Positions 51,601 through 63,514 of a stretch of 64,000 nucleotides of DNA are shown one piece after another (position 1 is the first letter of the stretch; every line of letters starts with the position of its first letter). The position numbers and the translations under genes were made by a program. This DNA comes from Antedon mediterranea (taxonomy: Eukaryota; Animalia; Echinodermata): the NCBI RefSeq assembly GCF_964355755.1, contig NC_092670.1, positions 8,360,201 to 8,424,200 on the forward strand, written 5' to 3'. The notes under the pieces were generated by a model that saw only the letters and a list, made by a program, of their open reading frames with translations, searched no databases and had not been told where the DNA came from.

Positions 51601-53717
51601 GAGAGACACCATATGAATGTCAAAATTGTGCGAAGAAATTTAAGCAAAGCTGGAATTTGAAAATGCATTTGAGAAAACACACAAGAGAGACACAATATCA
51701 ACGTGAACATTGTGGTAAGAAATTTAAACAAAATGGAAATTTAGAGATTCGTTTGAGAAAATACACAGGAGAGACACCATATGAATGTGAACATTGTGGA
51801 AAGAAAATTAAACTAAATGGAAATTTGAAAATGCATTTGAGAACACACACAGGAGAGACACCATATGAATGTGAACATTGTGGTATTAAATTTAAACTAA
51901 GGTGGAATTTGAAAATTCATTTGGGAACACACACAGGAGAGACACCATATGAATGTCAACATTGTGGACAGAAATTTAAACAAAATGGAAATTTGAAAAT
52001 GCATTTGAGAACACACACAGGAGAGACACCATATGAATGTGAACATTGTGGTAAGAAATTTAAACAAAATGGGGACTTGAAAAGACATTTGAGAATACAC
52101 ACAGGAGAGGCACCATATGAATGTGCGCATTGTGGTAAGAAATTTAAACTAAATGGAAATTTGAAGATTCATTTGAGAACACACACAGGAGAGACACCAT
52201 ATCAATGTCAACATTGTGGACAGAAATTTAAACAAAATGGAAATTTGAAAATGCATTTGAGAACACACACAGGAGAGACACCATATGAATGTGAACATTG
52301 TGGTAAGAAATTTAAACACAATTGGGACTTGAAAAGACATTTAAGAATACACACAGGAGAGGCACCATATCAATGTGCACATTGTGGTAAGAAATTTAAA
52401 CTAAATGGAAATTTGAAGATTCATTTGAGAACACACACAGGAGAGACACCATATGATTGTGAACATTGTGGACAGAAATTTACACAAAATGGAAGTTTGA
52501 AGATACATTTGAGAACACACACTAGAGACGCACCATATGAATGTGAACATTGTGGTAAGAAATTTAAACACAATGGGGACTTGAAAAGACATTTGAGAAT
52601 ACACACAGGAGAGGCACCATATGAATGTGAACATTGTGGTAAGAAATTTAAACAAAATGGAAATTTGAAGATACATTTGAGAAAACACACAGGAGAGACA
52701 CCATATGAATGTGAACATTGTGGAAAGAAATTTAAACTAAATGGAAATTTGAAGATACATTTGAGAATACACACAGGAAAGACACCATATGAATGTGAAC
52801 ATTGTGGTAAGAAATTTAAACTCAATGGAAATTTGAAAAGACATTTGAGAATACACACAGGAGATACACCTTATGAATGTGAACATTGTGGGAAGAAATT
52901 TAAACAAAGCTGGAATTTGAAAATGCATTTGAGAACACACACAGGAGAGACACCATATGAATGTGAACATTGTGGTAAGAAATTTAAACACAATGGAGAC
53001 TTGAAAAGACATTTGAGAATACACACAGGAGAGACACCATATGAATGTGAACATTGTGGTAAGAAATTTAAACACAATGGGGACTTGAAAAGACATTTGA
53101 GAATACACACAGGAGAGGCACCATATGAATGTGAACATTGTGGTAAGAAATTTAAACTAAGGTGGAATTTGAAATTTCATTTGGGAACACACACAGGAGA
53201 CACACCATATGAATGTGAACATTGTGGTAAGAAATTTAAACGAAGTGGAAGTTTGAAGATACATTTGAGAACACACACAGGAGAGACACCATATGAATGT
53301 CAACATTGTGGTAAGAAATTTAAACAAAATGGAAATTTGAAAATGCATTTGAGAACACACACAGGACAGGCACCATATGAATGTGCACATTGTGGTAAGA
53401 AATTTAAACACAATGGGGACTTGAAAAGACATTTGAGAATACACACAGGAGAGGCACCATATGAATGTGAACATTGTGGTAAGAAATTTAAACAAAATGG
53501 GGTTTTGAAAAGACATTTGAGAACACACACAAGAAAGGCATCATATGAATGTGAACATTGTGGTAAGAAATTTAAACAAAATGGGGTTTTGAAAAGACAT
53601 TTGAGAACACACACAAGAAAGGCATCATATGAATGTGAACATTGTGGAACGAAATTTACACGGAATGCTACTTTGAATGCACATTTAAAAACACATAACA
53701 CACCTTATGAAATTTAA
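48693..53717 (+). CDS. Giant zinc-finger protein D, 1674 aa: N-terminal atypical finger, 28 degenerate 25-aa finger-derived repeats, ~29 canonical C2H2 fingers
   Basis: Single open frame of 5025 nt; acceptor ctttcAG at 48677 just upstream of the ATG; start MKYKCEHC matches the paralogs. Confidence 0.9.
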   Translation: MKYKCEHCGVKLEFSDLKEHLGLHNHSKEIKCELCEHTIDKCKLHNQTPYECDHEEEGNRNLKKHLSTNTGETPYECEHEREGNRNLKKYLSTNRGETPYEGEHEKEGNRNLKKHLSTNTGETPYECEHEKEGNLNLKKHLSTNTGETPYECEHEKEGNRNLKKHLSTNTGETPYECEHEKEGNRNLKKHLSTNTGETPYECEHEKEGNLNLKKHLSTNTGETPYECEHEKEGNRNLKKHWRTNTGETPYECEHEKEGNRNLNKHLRTNTGETPYECEHGKEGNRNLKKHLRTNTGETPYECEHEKEGNRNLNKHLRTNTEETPYECEHEKEGNRNLNKHLRTNTGETPYECEHAKDGNRNLKKHLRTNTGETPYECEHEKEGNRNLNKHLRTNTGETPYECEHEKEGNRNLKKHLSTNVGETPYECEHEKEGNRNLKKHLSTNTGETPYECDHEKEGNLNLKKHLSTNTGETPYECEHEKVGNQNLKKHLSTNTGETPYECEHEKDGNRNLKKHLRTNTGETPYECEHEKEGNRNLNKHLRTNTGETPYECEHGKEGNRNLKKHLRTNTGETPYECEHEKEGNRNLNKHLRTNTGETPYECGHEKEGNRNLKKHLSTNAGETPYECEHCGKKFKWKSTLKTHLRTHKRETPYECQNCGKKFKQSWNRKMHLRKHTRETQYQREHCGKKFKQNGNLEILLRKYTGETPYECEHEKEGNRNLNKHLRTNTGETPYECGHEKEGNRNLKKHLSTNAGETPYECEHCGKKFKWKSTLKTHLRTHKRETPYECQNCGKKFKQSWNRKMHLRKHTRETQYQREHCGKKFKQNGNLEILLRKYTGETPYDCEHGGKKLKQNGNLKIRLRKHTGETPYDCEKEKEGNLNLKKHLSTNMGETPYECEHEKEGNRNLKKHLSTNTGETPYECEHEKEGNRNLKKHLSTNTGETPYECEHCGKKFKLKSTLKAHLRTHKRETPYECQNCAKKFKQSWNLKMHLRKHTRETQYQREHCGKKFKQNGNLEIRLRKYTGETPYECEHCGKKIKLNGNLKMHLRTHTGETPYECEHCGIKFKLRWNLKIHLGTHTGETPYECQHCGQKFKQNGNLKMHLRTHTGETPYECEHCGKKFKQNGDLKRHLRIHTGEAPYECAHCGKKFKLNGNLKIHLRTHTGETPYQCQHCGQKFKQNGNLKMHLRTHTGETPYECEHCGKKFKHNWDLKRHLRIHTGEAPYQCAHCGKKFKLNGNLKIHLRTHTGETPYDCEHCGQKFTQNGSLKIHLRTHTRDAPYECEHCGKKFKHNGDLKRHLRIHTGEAPYECEHCGKKFKQNGNLKIHLRKHTGETPYECEHCGKKFKLNGNLKIHLRIHTGKTPYECEHCGKKFKLNGNLKRHLRIHTGDTPYECEHCGKKFKQSWNLKMHLRTHTGETPYECEHCGKKFKHNGDLKRHLRIHTGETPYECEHCGKKFKHNGDLKRHLRIHTGEAPYECEHCGKKFKLRWNLKFHLGTHTGDTPYECEHCGKKFKRSGSLKIHLRTHTGETPYECQHCGKKFKQNGNLKMHLRTHTGQAPYECAHCGKKFKHNGDLKRHLRIHTGEAPYECEHCGKKFKQNGVLKRHLRTHTRKASYECEHCGKKFKQNGVLKRHLRTHTRKASYECEHCGTKFTRNATLNAHLKTHNTPYEI
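48835..50560 (+). repeat. 75-bp coding minisatellite, 23 consecutive units (5 more to ~51520)
   Basis: Unit encodes [25 protein letters not shown]. Confidence 0.95.
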
Positions 53718-54665
<948 letters not shown>

Positions 54666-54929
54666 ATTAATAGGTTAAGTTTGAATATTTTTTGGGGAAA
54701 ATCAACAGAAATATTTATTTCAGATAAATGAGTTACTATAATGCAGTACTCATTAATTTGAGCCATAATAATTGAAGAATATAATTATGTAGATTACTGT
54801 ATTCCCTGATACAAAAAACTAATACATAGAAGTTTTTAAAGAGTTTTAAGATTTGATATTATAAAACAATGTCAATCAAGCAAATCAAACAAAATAGATA
54901 ATAATAAATCATTCCAAAGTGAGAATTTT

Positions 54930-55437
54930 AAAAAAAAAACATTTTAGAACTCGCACAATGAATCCGAATATTGTGAGAATAAAAAAAACATTTTAGAACT
55001 CGCACAATGAATCTGAATATTGTGAGAATAAAAAAACATTTTAGAACTCGTACAATGAATCTGAATATTGTGAGAATAAAAAAAAACATTTTAGAACTCG
55101 CACAATGAATCTGAATATTGTGAGAATAAAAAAAACATTTTAGAACTCGCACAATGAATCTGAATATTGTGAGATAAAAAAAAACATTTAGAACTCGCAC
55201 AATGAATCTGAATATTGTGAGAATAAAAAAAAAAACATTTTAGAACTCGCACAATGAATCTGAATATTGTGAGAATAAAAAAACATTTTAGAACTCGCAC
55301 AATGAATCTGAATATTGTGAGAATAAAAAAAACATTTTAGAACTCGCACAATGAATCTGAATATTGTGAGAATAAAAAAAAACATTTTAGAACTCGCACA
55401 ATGAATCTGAATATTGTGAGAATAAAAAAAACATTTA
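54930..55437 (+). repeat. ~50-bp tandem array, 10 copies, zinc-finger derived
   Basis: Unit (A)7-11 cattttagaactcgcacaatgaatctgaatattgtgagaat. Confidence 0.9.
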
Positions 55438-56035
55438 AAAATATACACTGCAGAGACACAACACAATATAAATGAAATTTGTGGAAAAAAAATTTAAAAC
55501 TAATATTCAACAACATTTAAGATTACATTTGAGGATACAAACAAGAGAGAAAACATACTGTACTGTATAAATGTTAATGTTCTGTGTGTTGCTGTTTTTT
55601 GTTTTGTTTAAAGTACACACACACTTTCAATTCTAAATGTACACTCTTTTACTTATTAGTTAGTAAATTGTTGTTTTAACATTTATTATAGTACTATGAT
55701 ACCTAGGACTTTATTATTTTAATTCACTTTTTTATAACATTATACATTTTTGGTTTTGTTTACACTTTGTTTCGTTTGTGATATTTTTTTCAAAAATTAT
55801 AATAAACCTTTTCTATGATTTATAATGTACAGTAGCCTTCCTATGTAATAAAGCCTTTCTATGATTTTTATTTCAAAGTAACAGTTTTCTTTTATAGTCG
55901 GTTTTTGTAACAATAAAATCAAGTTTTATTCATATATATTCAAGATGCTGTATAATATACTATTTTCTTTGTGTATATTTGTAAACACATGGCGACACAA
56001 CAAGGGATAGATAGATAGTAGTTTGTATTTTATAT

Positions 56036-56143
56036 TTTTAGTCGCGTGGACGTGACTCTATAGTTCACTATGTCGGTCGGTCGGTCTGTCGGTCCGGTAT
56101 CACTATGCGTTTTAGCACCCGACTTATGGCTGTTGGCCTTGTT
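56036..56143 (+). mobile_element. Short HINE-like element (family 1)
   Basis: Nearly identical to 20801-20925. Confidence 0.7.
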
Positions 56144-56599
56144 ATGTTGAAGTTGAGGTATTCATGAGCAGAGGTACACTATAGGTTATGTTTTGGAAAA
56201 AAAAGTGTATACTGTAGTCATTAGAATTTTAAAGTACTGTAGTTATATTATAGATAACTGATTTTGCTGCAGTTTTGCAATCGATCAGAATATTCAAAAC
56301 TTAATGTTGTTACGTGTTGTCAAAAGAATTGACACAACAATGTAACACTCAATCCAAGGAGTAACAACTCTCTTCTAAATCCAATTATCTAATTATAGTG
56401 GAATTTCAATACAATTCTACATAATTGGCGTTATACAGTATACTGTAAAGGCAGTGACGATCCACTATTAGATCTCTAGATAAAGCCTTTCTCCACCCAC
56501 TCTACACAATGGTAGAGTGGGTCGATTATAATGTCTCGGGGCGTTACTCAACAAGTACTCTTACGGCATCTAAATAGATAATTCAATTTGCTTAATTAT

Positions 56600-56740
56600 A
56601 CTCTCAACCAATCAAATACCGTAAATAAGTACTTGTCTGCCAGTCTATGATCCTATTTATTGCTGAGGAATGCCATTCAGTTGTATACAGTGGCAGCGAG
56701 AGAACGACTGAGGAAGACGATAATTATCATTGAGGTAGGT
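56600..56740 (+). promoter_or_regulatory. Putative promoter plus non-coding first exon of ZNF A copy 2
   Basis: actctcaaCCAATcaaat at 56608; ggcagcgagagaacgactgaggaagacgataatt; donor GAG|GTAGGT after 56734; acceptor ttttatAG at 57385. Confidence 0.55.
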
Positions 56741-57444
56741 ACACGTTCCTAAACTGAAATATTGATTATGAGACAATCGGCGTGTGTGTTTCTTATAATT
56801 GTTAGCAGGATACTCGAAAATGTATTGCCGATTTTCTTAAGATTTTAACGGATAGGTTCATAGCTGTATGGGAACACGTTATTCAATTTCATATGACTAG
56901 TAGATCAAATATCAAGCTGACCACAGCAATGGAAAGTTTCACCATAGGGATTTTCATTGCTTATTACGTATTTGTTGATATGTGGCATTGGCCCTCGCAA
57001 TTAACACTCTAACTATCTATTTTGTTTGTAACGTATTGTATAGGGCTTGGTTCTATTTGATACGGCTTGGTAATTAGGAGGACCCCGATTTATGTTTCTT
57101 TTCCCAGAAAAATAGTAGGCCTAATGCCTTAAAATAACGCAAGCTAATATCACTCAAATTAATCCGTTACCATTAGGCCTCAGTAAATCTAATTAAAACA
57201 AAAGCTGTATACACGACATTAAAGTCGAATACGCCAATTTTAAATTCTTTGACATTATTCTGTTACAAAACTACTGTATGTACATAAGTTTGTTTTTCAA
57301 TATAGTGTAGCTAACATGAATAGTACTACTAAGTATAGCCTGGAGGAAGTAGAATTATAGTTTTGACAATTGTATTTTTTTATAGATTTATTGATGAATG
57401 AATATGACTTCAACAAAGAAGAATTTAACAGTGTAAATACCAAC

Positions 57445-58754
57445 ATGAAATGCAAATGTGAACACTGTGGAGATGAATTTGAGTTCAGGGATTTGAAGGA
57501 ACATTTAGGAATACACGTACATAGTAAAGAGTTTAAATGTGAAAACTCCGAGGATTTTCTGCTAAATGGCCAAACACCATATTATGACTTTGAACATTGT
57601 AGGCCTAGAATTGAAGAAAGTAAACATTTTGGACTACCCATTGTCGAAAAATCTTCATATGAATTTGAACATTGTCGAAATGACGAAAGTGAGAATTCAA
57701 GTAACACTGCCGTAGAAGCTTCGTATGAATTAGAACATTGTCGAAATGAAGAAAATGAGAATTTGGGAAACACCGTATACTAAATCTGATGAAAATTGTG
57801 GAACTGAAGAAAGGGGTGATTTGGGAATTCACACTTTCGAAGAAACTTCGTTTGGTTGTGAAAATTGTGGGAAAGTGATGATTTAACAAAACCATTTTAA
57901 AATTCACACAAGAGAGACACAACATGAATGTGAACATTGTGGGAAGACATTTAAACAGAATGCGAATTTGAAAAAGCATTTGAGAATACACACAGGAGAA
58001 GCACCATTTGAATGTAAACACTGTGGGAAGAATTTTAAAGAAAGGGGGAATTTAAACAAGCATTTGCGGATGCATACAGGAGAGAAACCATATGATTGTG
58101 AATACTGTGGGAAGAAATTTAGATCTAGTGTAAATTTGACAAAACATTTGAGAGTACACACAGGAGAGAAGCCATACGAATGTGAACAGTGTCAAAGGAA
58201 ATTTAAACACAGTGGGCAATTAAAAATACATTTTAGAACTCACACAGGGGAGACACCGTATGGATGTGAACATTGTGGAAAGAAATTTAAATAGAGAGTG
58301 ATTTTGAGAGAACATTTGATTGAGAATACACACAGGAGAGAAACCATATGAATGTATATTTTGCGCGAAGAACTTTAGAACTAGTAGTTATTTAAATATA
58401 CATTTGAGATTACACACAGGATGCAAATCGTATGAATGTGAATATTGTGGACAGAAATTTATCACTAATGGGACTTTAAAAAAACATTTGATAATTCACA
58501 CCGGAGAGACACCTTATGAATGTGAGCATTGTGGAAAGAAATTTGAACATAATGGATATTTAAAATTACATTTGAGAATACACACGGGAGAGAAACCATA
58601 TAAATGTGAACAATGTGGAATACAATTTCAATGGGATAAAACCTTCAAAAGGCATCTAAAAACACACACACACAGACACTCTTTAAATGAAAACACTGTG
58701 CTATCATCTTTAAATTCAATTACATTATTACCAATCAATCAATTACAAAATTAG
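57445..58754 (+). pseudogene. C2H2 zinc-finger gene (paralog A, copy 2), multiply disrupted
   Basis: ATG 57445 (MKCKCEHC). Relative to copy 1: 14-nt deletion ~57773, 13-nt deletion ~57876, CAG>TAG at 58292-58294, 4-nt duplication ~58318. Confidence 0.9.
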
Positions 58755-59431
58755 AACTTACATATTTCTTTTCACTCTGATTGTTAAAGCATTTGATTGA
58801 AAAGATGGAATTTCTCAATATAAAATATTGTGTTTTGGTAAAGATATGAGGCACATATATTTTTTATTCTGTAGATGGATTCATGACAGAGAAATCAGTT
58901 AACTGAACATTTTGTTTAAGTTTTTCATATCTCCCTTTATTTTATGTTATTGTAAAGTGTATTGATTTTATGTATCGTATTCCTCGTTTTCGTCCGTCAC
59001 AAAATAGTGTAATTATTATTTGTACAGTGTTACCGCTAGAATAGGCCAAAATAGTAACAATCGGTAATATTACGTGTGTTTACTCGCTTTTGAAATCTTT
59101 TCAATGCAAATTAAAGAGAAATAATATCAAATTGTACCATTCTAAAAATATTAACAGTAAATATTCGTGCAACAATTTTTAAACAAAATTAACTAGGGCA
59201 ACTACATTGTAAATTATTGCATCTCTAAATTATTTATGGAGTGCTACGATGACATGACTGATCTATTATATTTAAGTTATTGAAATGTTATTTCAATGTG
59301 ATTTCATTATAACAGTGTTTACAATGTTATAGGCTTTGATTTATTTTTATATTTGCTTTCATTTTAATTACTTATATGTATGCAATCGTGTTTTCAATCA
59401 AATAGTTTATAGGCCAGTGTGTTTTGGAGTA

Positions 59432-60510
59432 TATCGCAAAAATAATAGCAGTTTGTACAGTAGGTCAGTGGTGTAGGAAAGAGTGGTATCGCACAAAATA
59501 ATAGCAGTTTGTACAGTAGGTCAGTGGTGTAGGAAAGAGTGGTATCGCACAAAATAATAGCAGTTTGTACAGTAGTAGGTCAGTGGTGTAGGAAAGAGTG
59601 GTATCGCACAAAATAATAGCAGTTTGTACAGTAGGTCAGTGGTGTAGGAAAGAGTGGTATCGCACAAAATAATAGCAGTTTGTACAGTAGGTCAGTGGTG
59701 TAGGAAAGAGTGGTATCGCACAAAATAATAGCAGTTTGTACAGTAGGTCAGTGGTGTAGGAAAGAGTGGTATCGCACAAAATAATAGCAGTTTGTACAGT
59801 AGGTCAGTGGTGTAGGAAAGAGTGGTATCGCACAAAATAATAGCAGTTTGTACAGTAGGTCAGTGGTGTAGGAAAGAGTGGTATCGCACAAAATAATAGC
59901 ATTTTGTACAGTAGGTCAGTGGTGTAGGAAAGAGTGGTATCGCACAAAATAATAGCAGTTTGTACAGTAGGTCAGTGGTGTAGGAAAGAGTGGTATCGCA
60001 CAAAATAATAGCAGTTTGTACAGTAGGTCAGTGGTGTAGGAAAGAGTGGTATCGCACAAAATAATAGCAGTTTGTACAGTAGGTCAGTGGTGTAGGAAAG
60101 AGTGGTATCGCACAAAATAATAGCAGTTTGTACAGTAGGTCAGTGGTGTAGGAAAGAGTGGTATCGCACAAAATAATAGCAGTTTGTACAGTAGGTCAGT
60201 GGTGTAGGAAAGAGTGGTATCGCACAAAATAATAGCAGTTTGTACAGTAGGTCAGTGGTGTAGGAAAGAGTGGTATCGCACAAAATAATAGCAGTTTGTA
60301 CAGTAGGTCAGTGGTGTAGGAAAGAGTGGTATCGCACAAAATAATAGCAGTTTGTACAGTAGGTCAGTGGTGTAGGAAAGAGTGGTATCGCACAAAATAA
60401 TAGCAGTTTGTACAGTAGGTCAGTGGTGTAGGAAAGAGTGGTATCGCACAAAATAATAGCAGTTTGTACAGTAGGTCAGTGGTGTAGGAAAGAGTGGTAT
60501 CGCACAAAAT
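59432..60510. repeat. 56-bp tandem array, about 19 near-identical copies
   Basis: Unit gtatcgcacaaaataatagcagtttgtacagtaggtcagtggtgtaggaaagagtg; single copy at 2506-2573. Confidence 0.95.
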
Positions 60511-61454
60511 TCCAACAATGCAGAATTACCAATTTATTTGGTTATGTAGTTTGCAATGTTTAATATCTCTGTTTCATTTGATTTAGTATAAAAGTGGAAA
60601 TTACAATAAAATATTATGATTGCCTTATTTAAATTTAATGTTTCTTCATTTATTTATTTGACCAAAAAACAATAATGTAAAACAAAACTGAGGAGGAGAA
60701 TCGGTGGTCAGGACGGTAAAGCAAAGATTTATAATATTCAAAATCATCATATAAAACAAGGAAAAAAATCATTTAGCGATTTAGAGAAAGATTTATAATT
60801 GCCCAGAAGGATTCAGAGTCAATTGATGATAAAATATAAAGCACTGTCTACATAGCACTATCAACATTTTATGTGACAAAAAATGTGATGAGTGTGGACG
60901 TGATGATGTCATATACCATATTTGGGCATTTCACTACCATATTTGGGCAAATCACACTCTTAGTTTGATAAGACAAAGCTATAGGAAGAGATTCAGAAAC
61001 AGCTAATTAATTTAATTCATTTCGTCACTTTGACGAATTATTTGTGATCATTGTGAAAACACAATTTTACTGACGTTTCATTTTTTTTAAATAAACTATG
61101 AGCGCAAAACATTGATGTATTCCATCCATGACTTGATGCATAGGCCTACTATTATAGAGTGCTGCTATTAGTGTCGTATTTAATATGTACAGTATATACG
61201 GTATATCTATATACAGTGTAGTAGGTGAAATTACGTGACCCACACTATGTTCTAATGTTTTGGTATGATGATGACAATTTCGGAAGATAATGATTTGAGC
61301 AAAAGATATAACTCTTTTAAAATGTTTAGGCCCTATAACTTTGACGAAAGACATGATAAAACTACATTTTAATTCAACTGACCATTATTATAATGTCAAC
61401 ATTCAACAATTTTTATATGAATTCATATCTACATTTCAGCAGCTTCACATTTTC

Positions 61455-62860
61455 CCAATTGGAAAAACTCGTATCATCAACATGCGGCCACCGGAGCACT
61501 TTTTGGTAGTGGTTCATCTCGGCCGGTTACAGAACGCGATATTGTATTGAGCGCCAAAAGTGCCCGTTATGATAGTGTAATAGTGACGACGTGTACAACA
61601 CAGGCTTTAAAGTTAACGATGTTTTTATGATGTATTTATTTGGATTCGATAATAAAGTACTGTATTTGAGAGTGTCTCAAATAAAAATTTTAAACAGTTA
61701 GCCAGCTTTATATATAAAATAAATCGAATAGTACAATATGTTTTGTGTTTTAATGTTAATTAATACTTAATGAGTTACTATATTATTACAATGTATATAC
61801 TGCTATACCATTATAATATAATTTCAAGTTAACGATGTTTTTATGATGTATTTATTTTGATTTGAAAATAAAATACTGTATTTAAGAGTGTCACAAATAA
61901 TATTTTTAAACAGTTAGCAGCTTTATATATAAAATAAATTGAATAGTACAATATATTTCGTTTTATGTTTAAATGTGAATTAATACTGAATGAGTTACAT
62001 TTATTACAGTAGAATGTATATACTGCTATATTATAATATAATTAGTTTAATAAAAAAACGAAATAAATGATTTAAAATGATATGAGTATCTTTGCGTTGA
62101 TTCAATCTACTTAGAAAATGCAGTCAACACAACGGCATCATCAAAATGCGTGCATACTTTCTATAAAACAAATAATACTAATCCCCTATATTGTGCTAAT
62201 CACAAACAAATCAAAGCAACAATATTGAATAAAAAGAAAGTATGTCTTTGTGATGACGCTTTGATTTCATTCATTATAGAAACAATACATCATAATTATA
62301 GGATAATTGGTCATTTGTCTTTGAGGCGCTTTGATTTAATGCATATAATAAAACACATAAGACAAAACATAATGTTCGGTTGCTTTTCGTAAACCAAAAA
62401 GTCGGAAGATGCGTAAATCAAAGGTAATTTTGTGTCAATAGTAAAAAGTGTCCTTTGCGAAAGGCACACAATAGTTGCGCAAATAATGGTCTACTCTCTG
62501 TATTAAATGGGGGGGGGGGGGTGCTAGTACGTACATGTTCACTTTCAAACTGATTTATCTTTGACTGCAACAAAAATGAACGACTGTATCCAGTGTAGAG
62601 AACCTGTTAATCATCGCCAGGAGGCTGTTTTTTGCGAGGAGTGCCAACATCGAACTTGCGGTACTGGTATAACACGTGCTGCCTATCTTGCTGGTATCCG
62701 CGACGGCTACATTGATTGGACGTGTAATAAATGTGTGCGACCTGTTCCAGAGGAACCTGCAGCCCAACTAGATGTCTTTGTTGGAGACCTTGGAGCATTT
62801 GAAGAGCCTGCAGTTGTTGAGGAACAAAACTTACCAAACCCATATCGAGTACCAAATCAA
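61455..62860 (+). mobile_element. Probable truncated transposon relic with a PHD-finger-like ORF fragment
   Basis: 62576-62863 encodes CIQCREPV..RQEAVFCEEC-QHRTCGTGI....Y.....DWTCNKC (C4HC3 PHD-like, short deletion before QHR), resembling the N-termini of invertebrate MULE/FLYWCH-type elements. Includes a ~216-bp tandem duplication (61610-62045). Occupies the gap between duplication blocks. Confidence 0.5.
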
Positions 62861-63514
62861 TAAGAACAATAAAATCTTTGATCGCGTCAGAATATTATTT
62901 AGCTGTTTTTTTTTTTTTTTTGCTATTTTGAAATTTCCTGTCACTGGACCCTAATAGAAATTGTTTCCTTTTGTAATGATGAATTGGGTCGTCCTAAATA
63001 TATTTTGATTTTGTCTAAAGCCTACATATCATTACAATTTTGTTTTGGCCTATTTTTTAGTGCGTTGTGTTCCTTATCAGTTGATCTTTATCAGTGGTGC
63101 TTAATTAAAAATGCAGGGCGTACCATTGGGATGTAAGTTTTAATAGAATGAGTGACACAAAATGACACAAAATGACTAAAGAAAATACTATTATTAATAG
63201 CAGTAATAGTAGTTTTAATACTACTATTATTTGTTATATAACTTTATACATCTCTATGCAGTTATTACTAACATTGAATTAATGTTATGTATATTTTCAG
63301 CATTTAAAATAATGATAAAGTTAAAACTATAAATTACTTATACAGTAATGTTTCATTCTTTTCTTAGTCACGGCTTGTAACAATATTTTCTGTGCCAGCG
63401 ACTATTAATTGGTTTGATTGAACTTTGGTTTCCATTGATTTTGTTACCCTCATTTTTAAAATCTTTTGTTTAATTAAATTCTTGACTACGTCACGTCCAC
63501 ATGTAAATTTTCAA

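Noticed and set aside
48772-53701. Long minus-strand ORFs (up to 422 aa) opposite the ZNF genes, also at 12360-14345 and 360-617
   Set aside because: Antisense shadows of repetitive finger codons ([20 protein letters not shown]); no independent coding signal.
48693-53717. PRDM9 orthologue
   Set aside because: No PR/SET, KRAB or SSXRD sequence; the N-terminus is the local family module.
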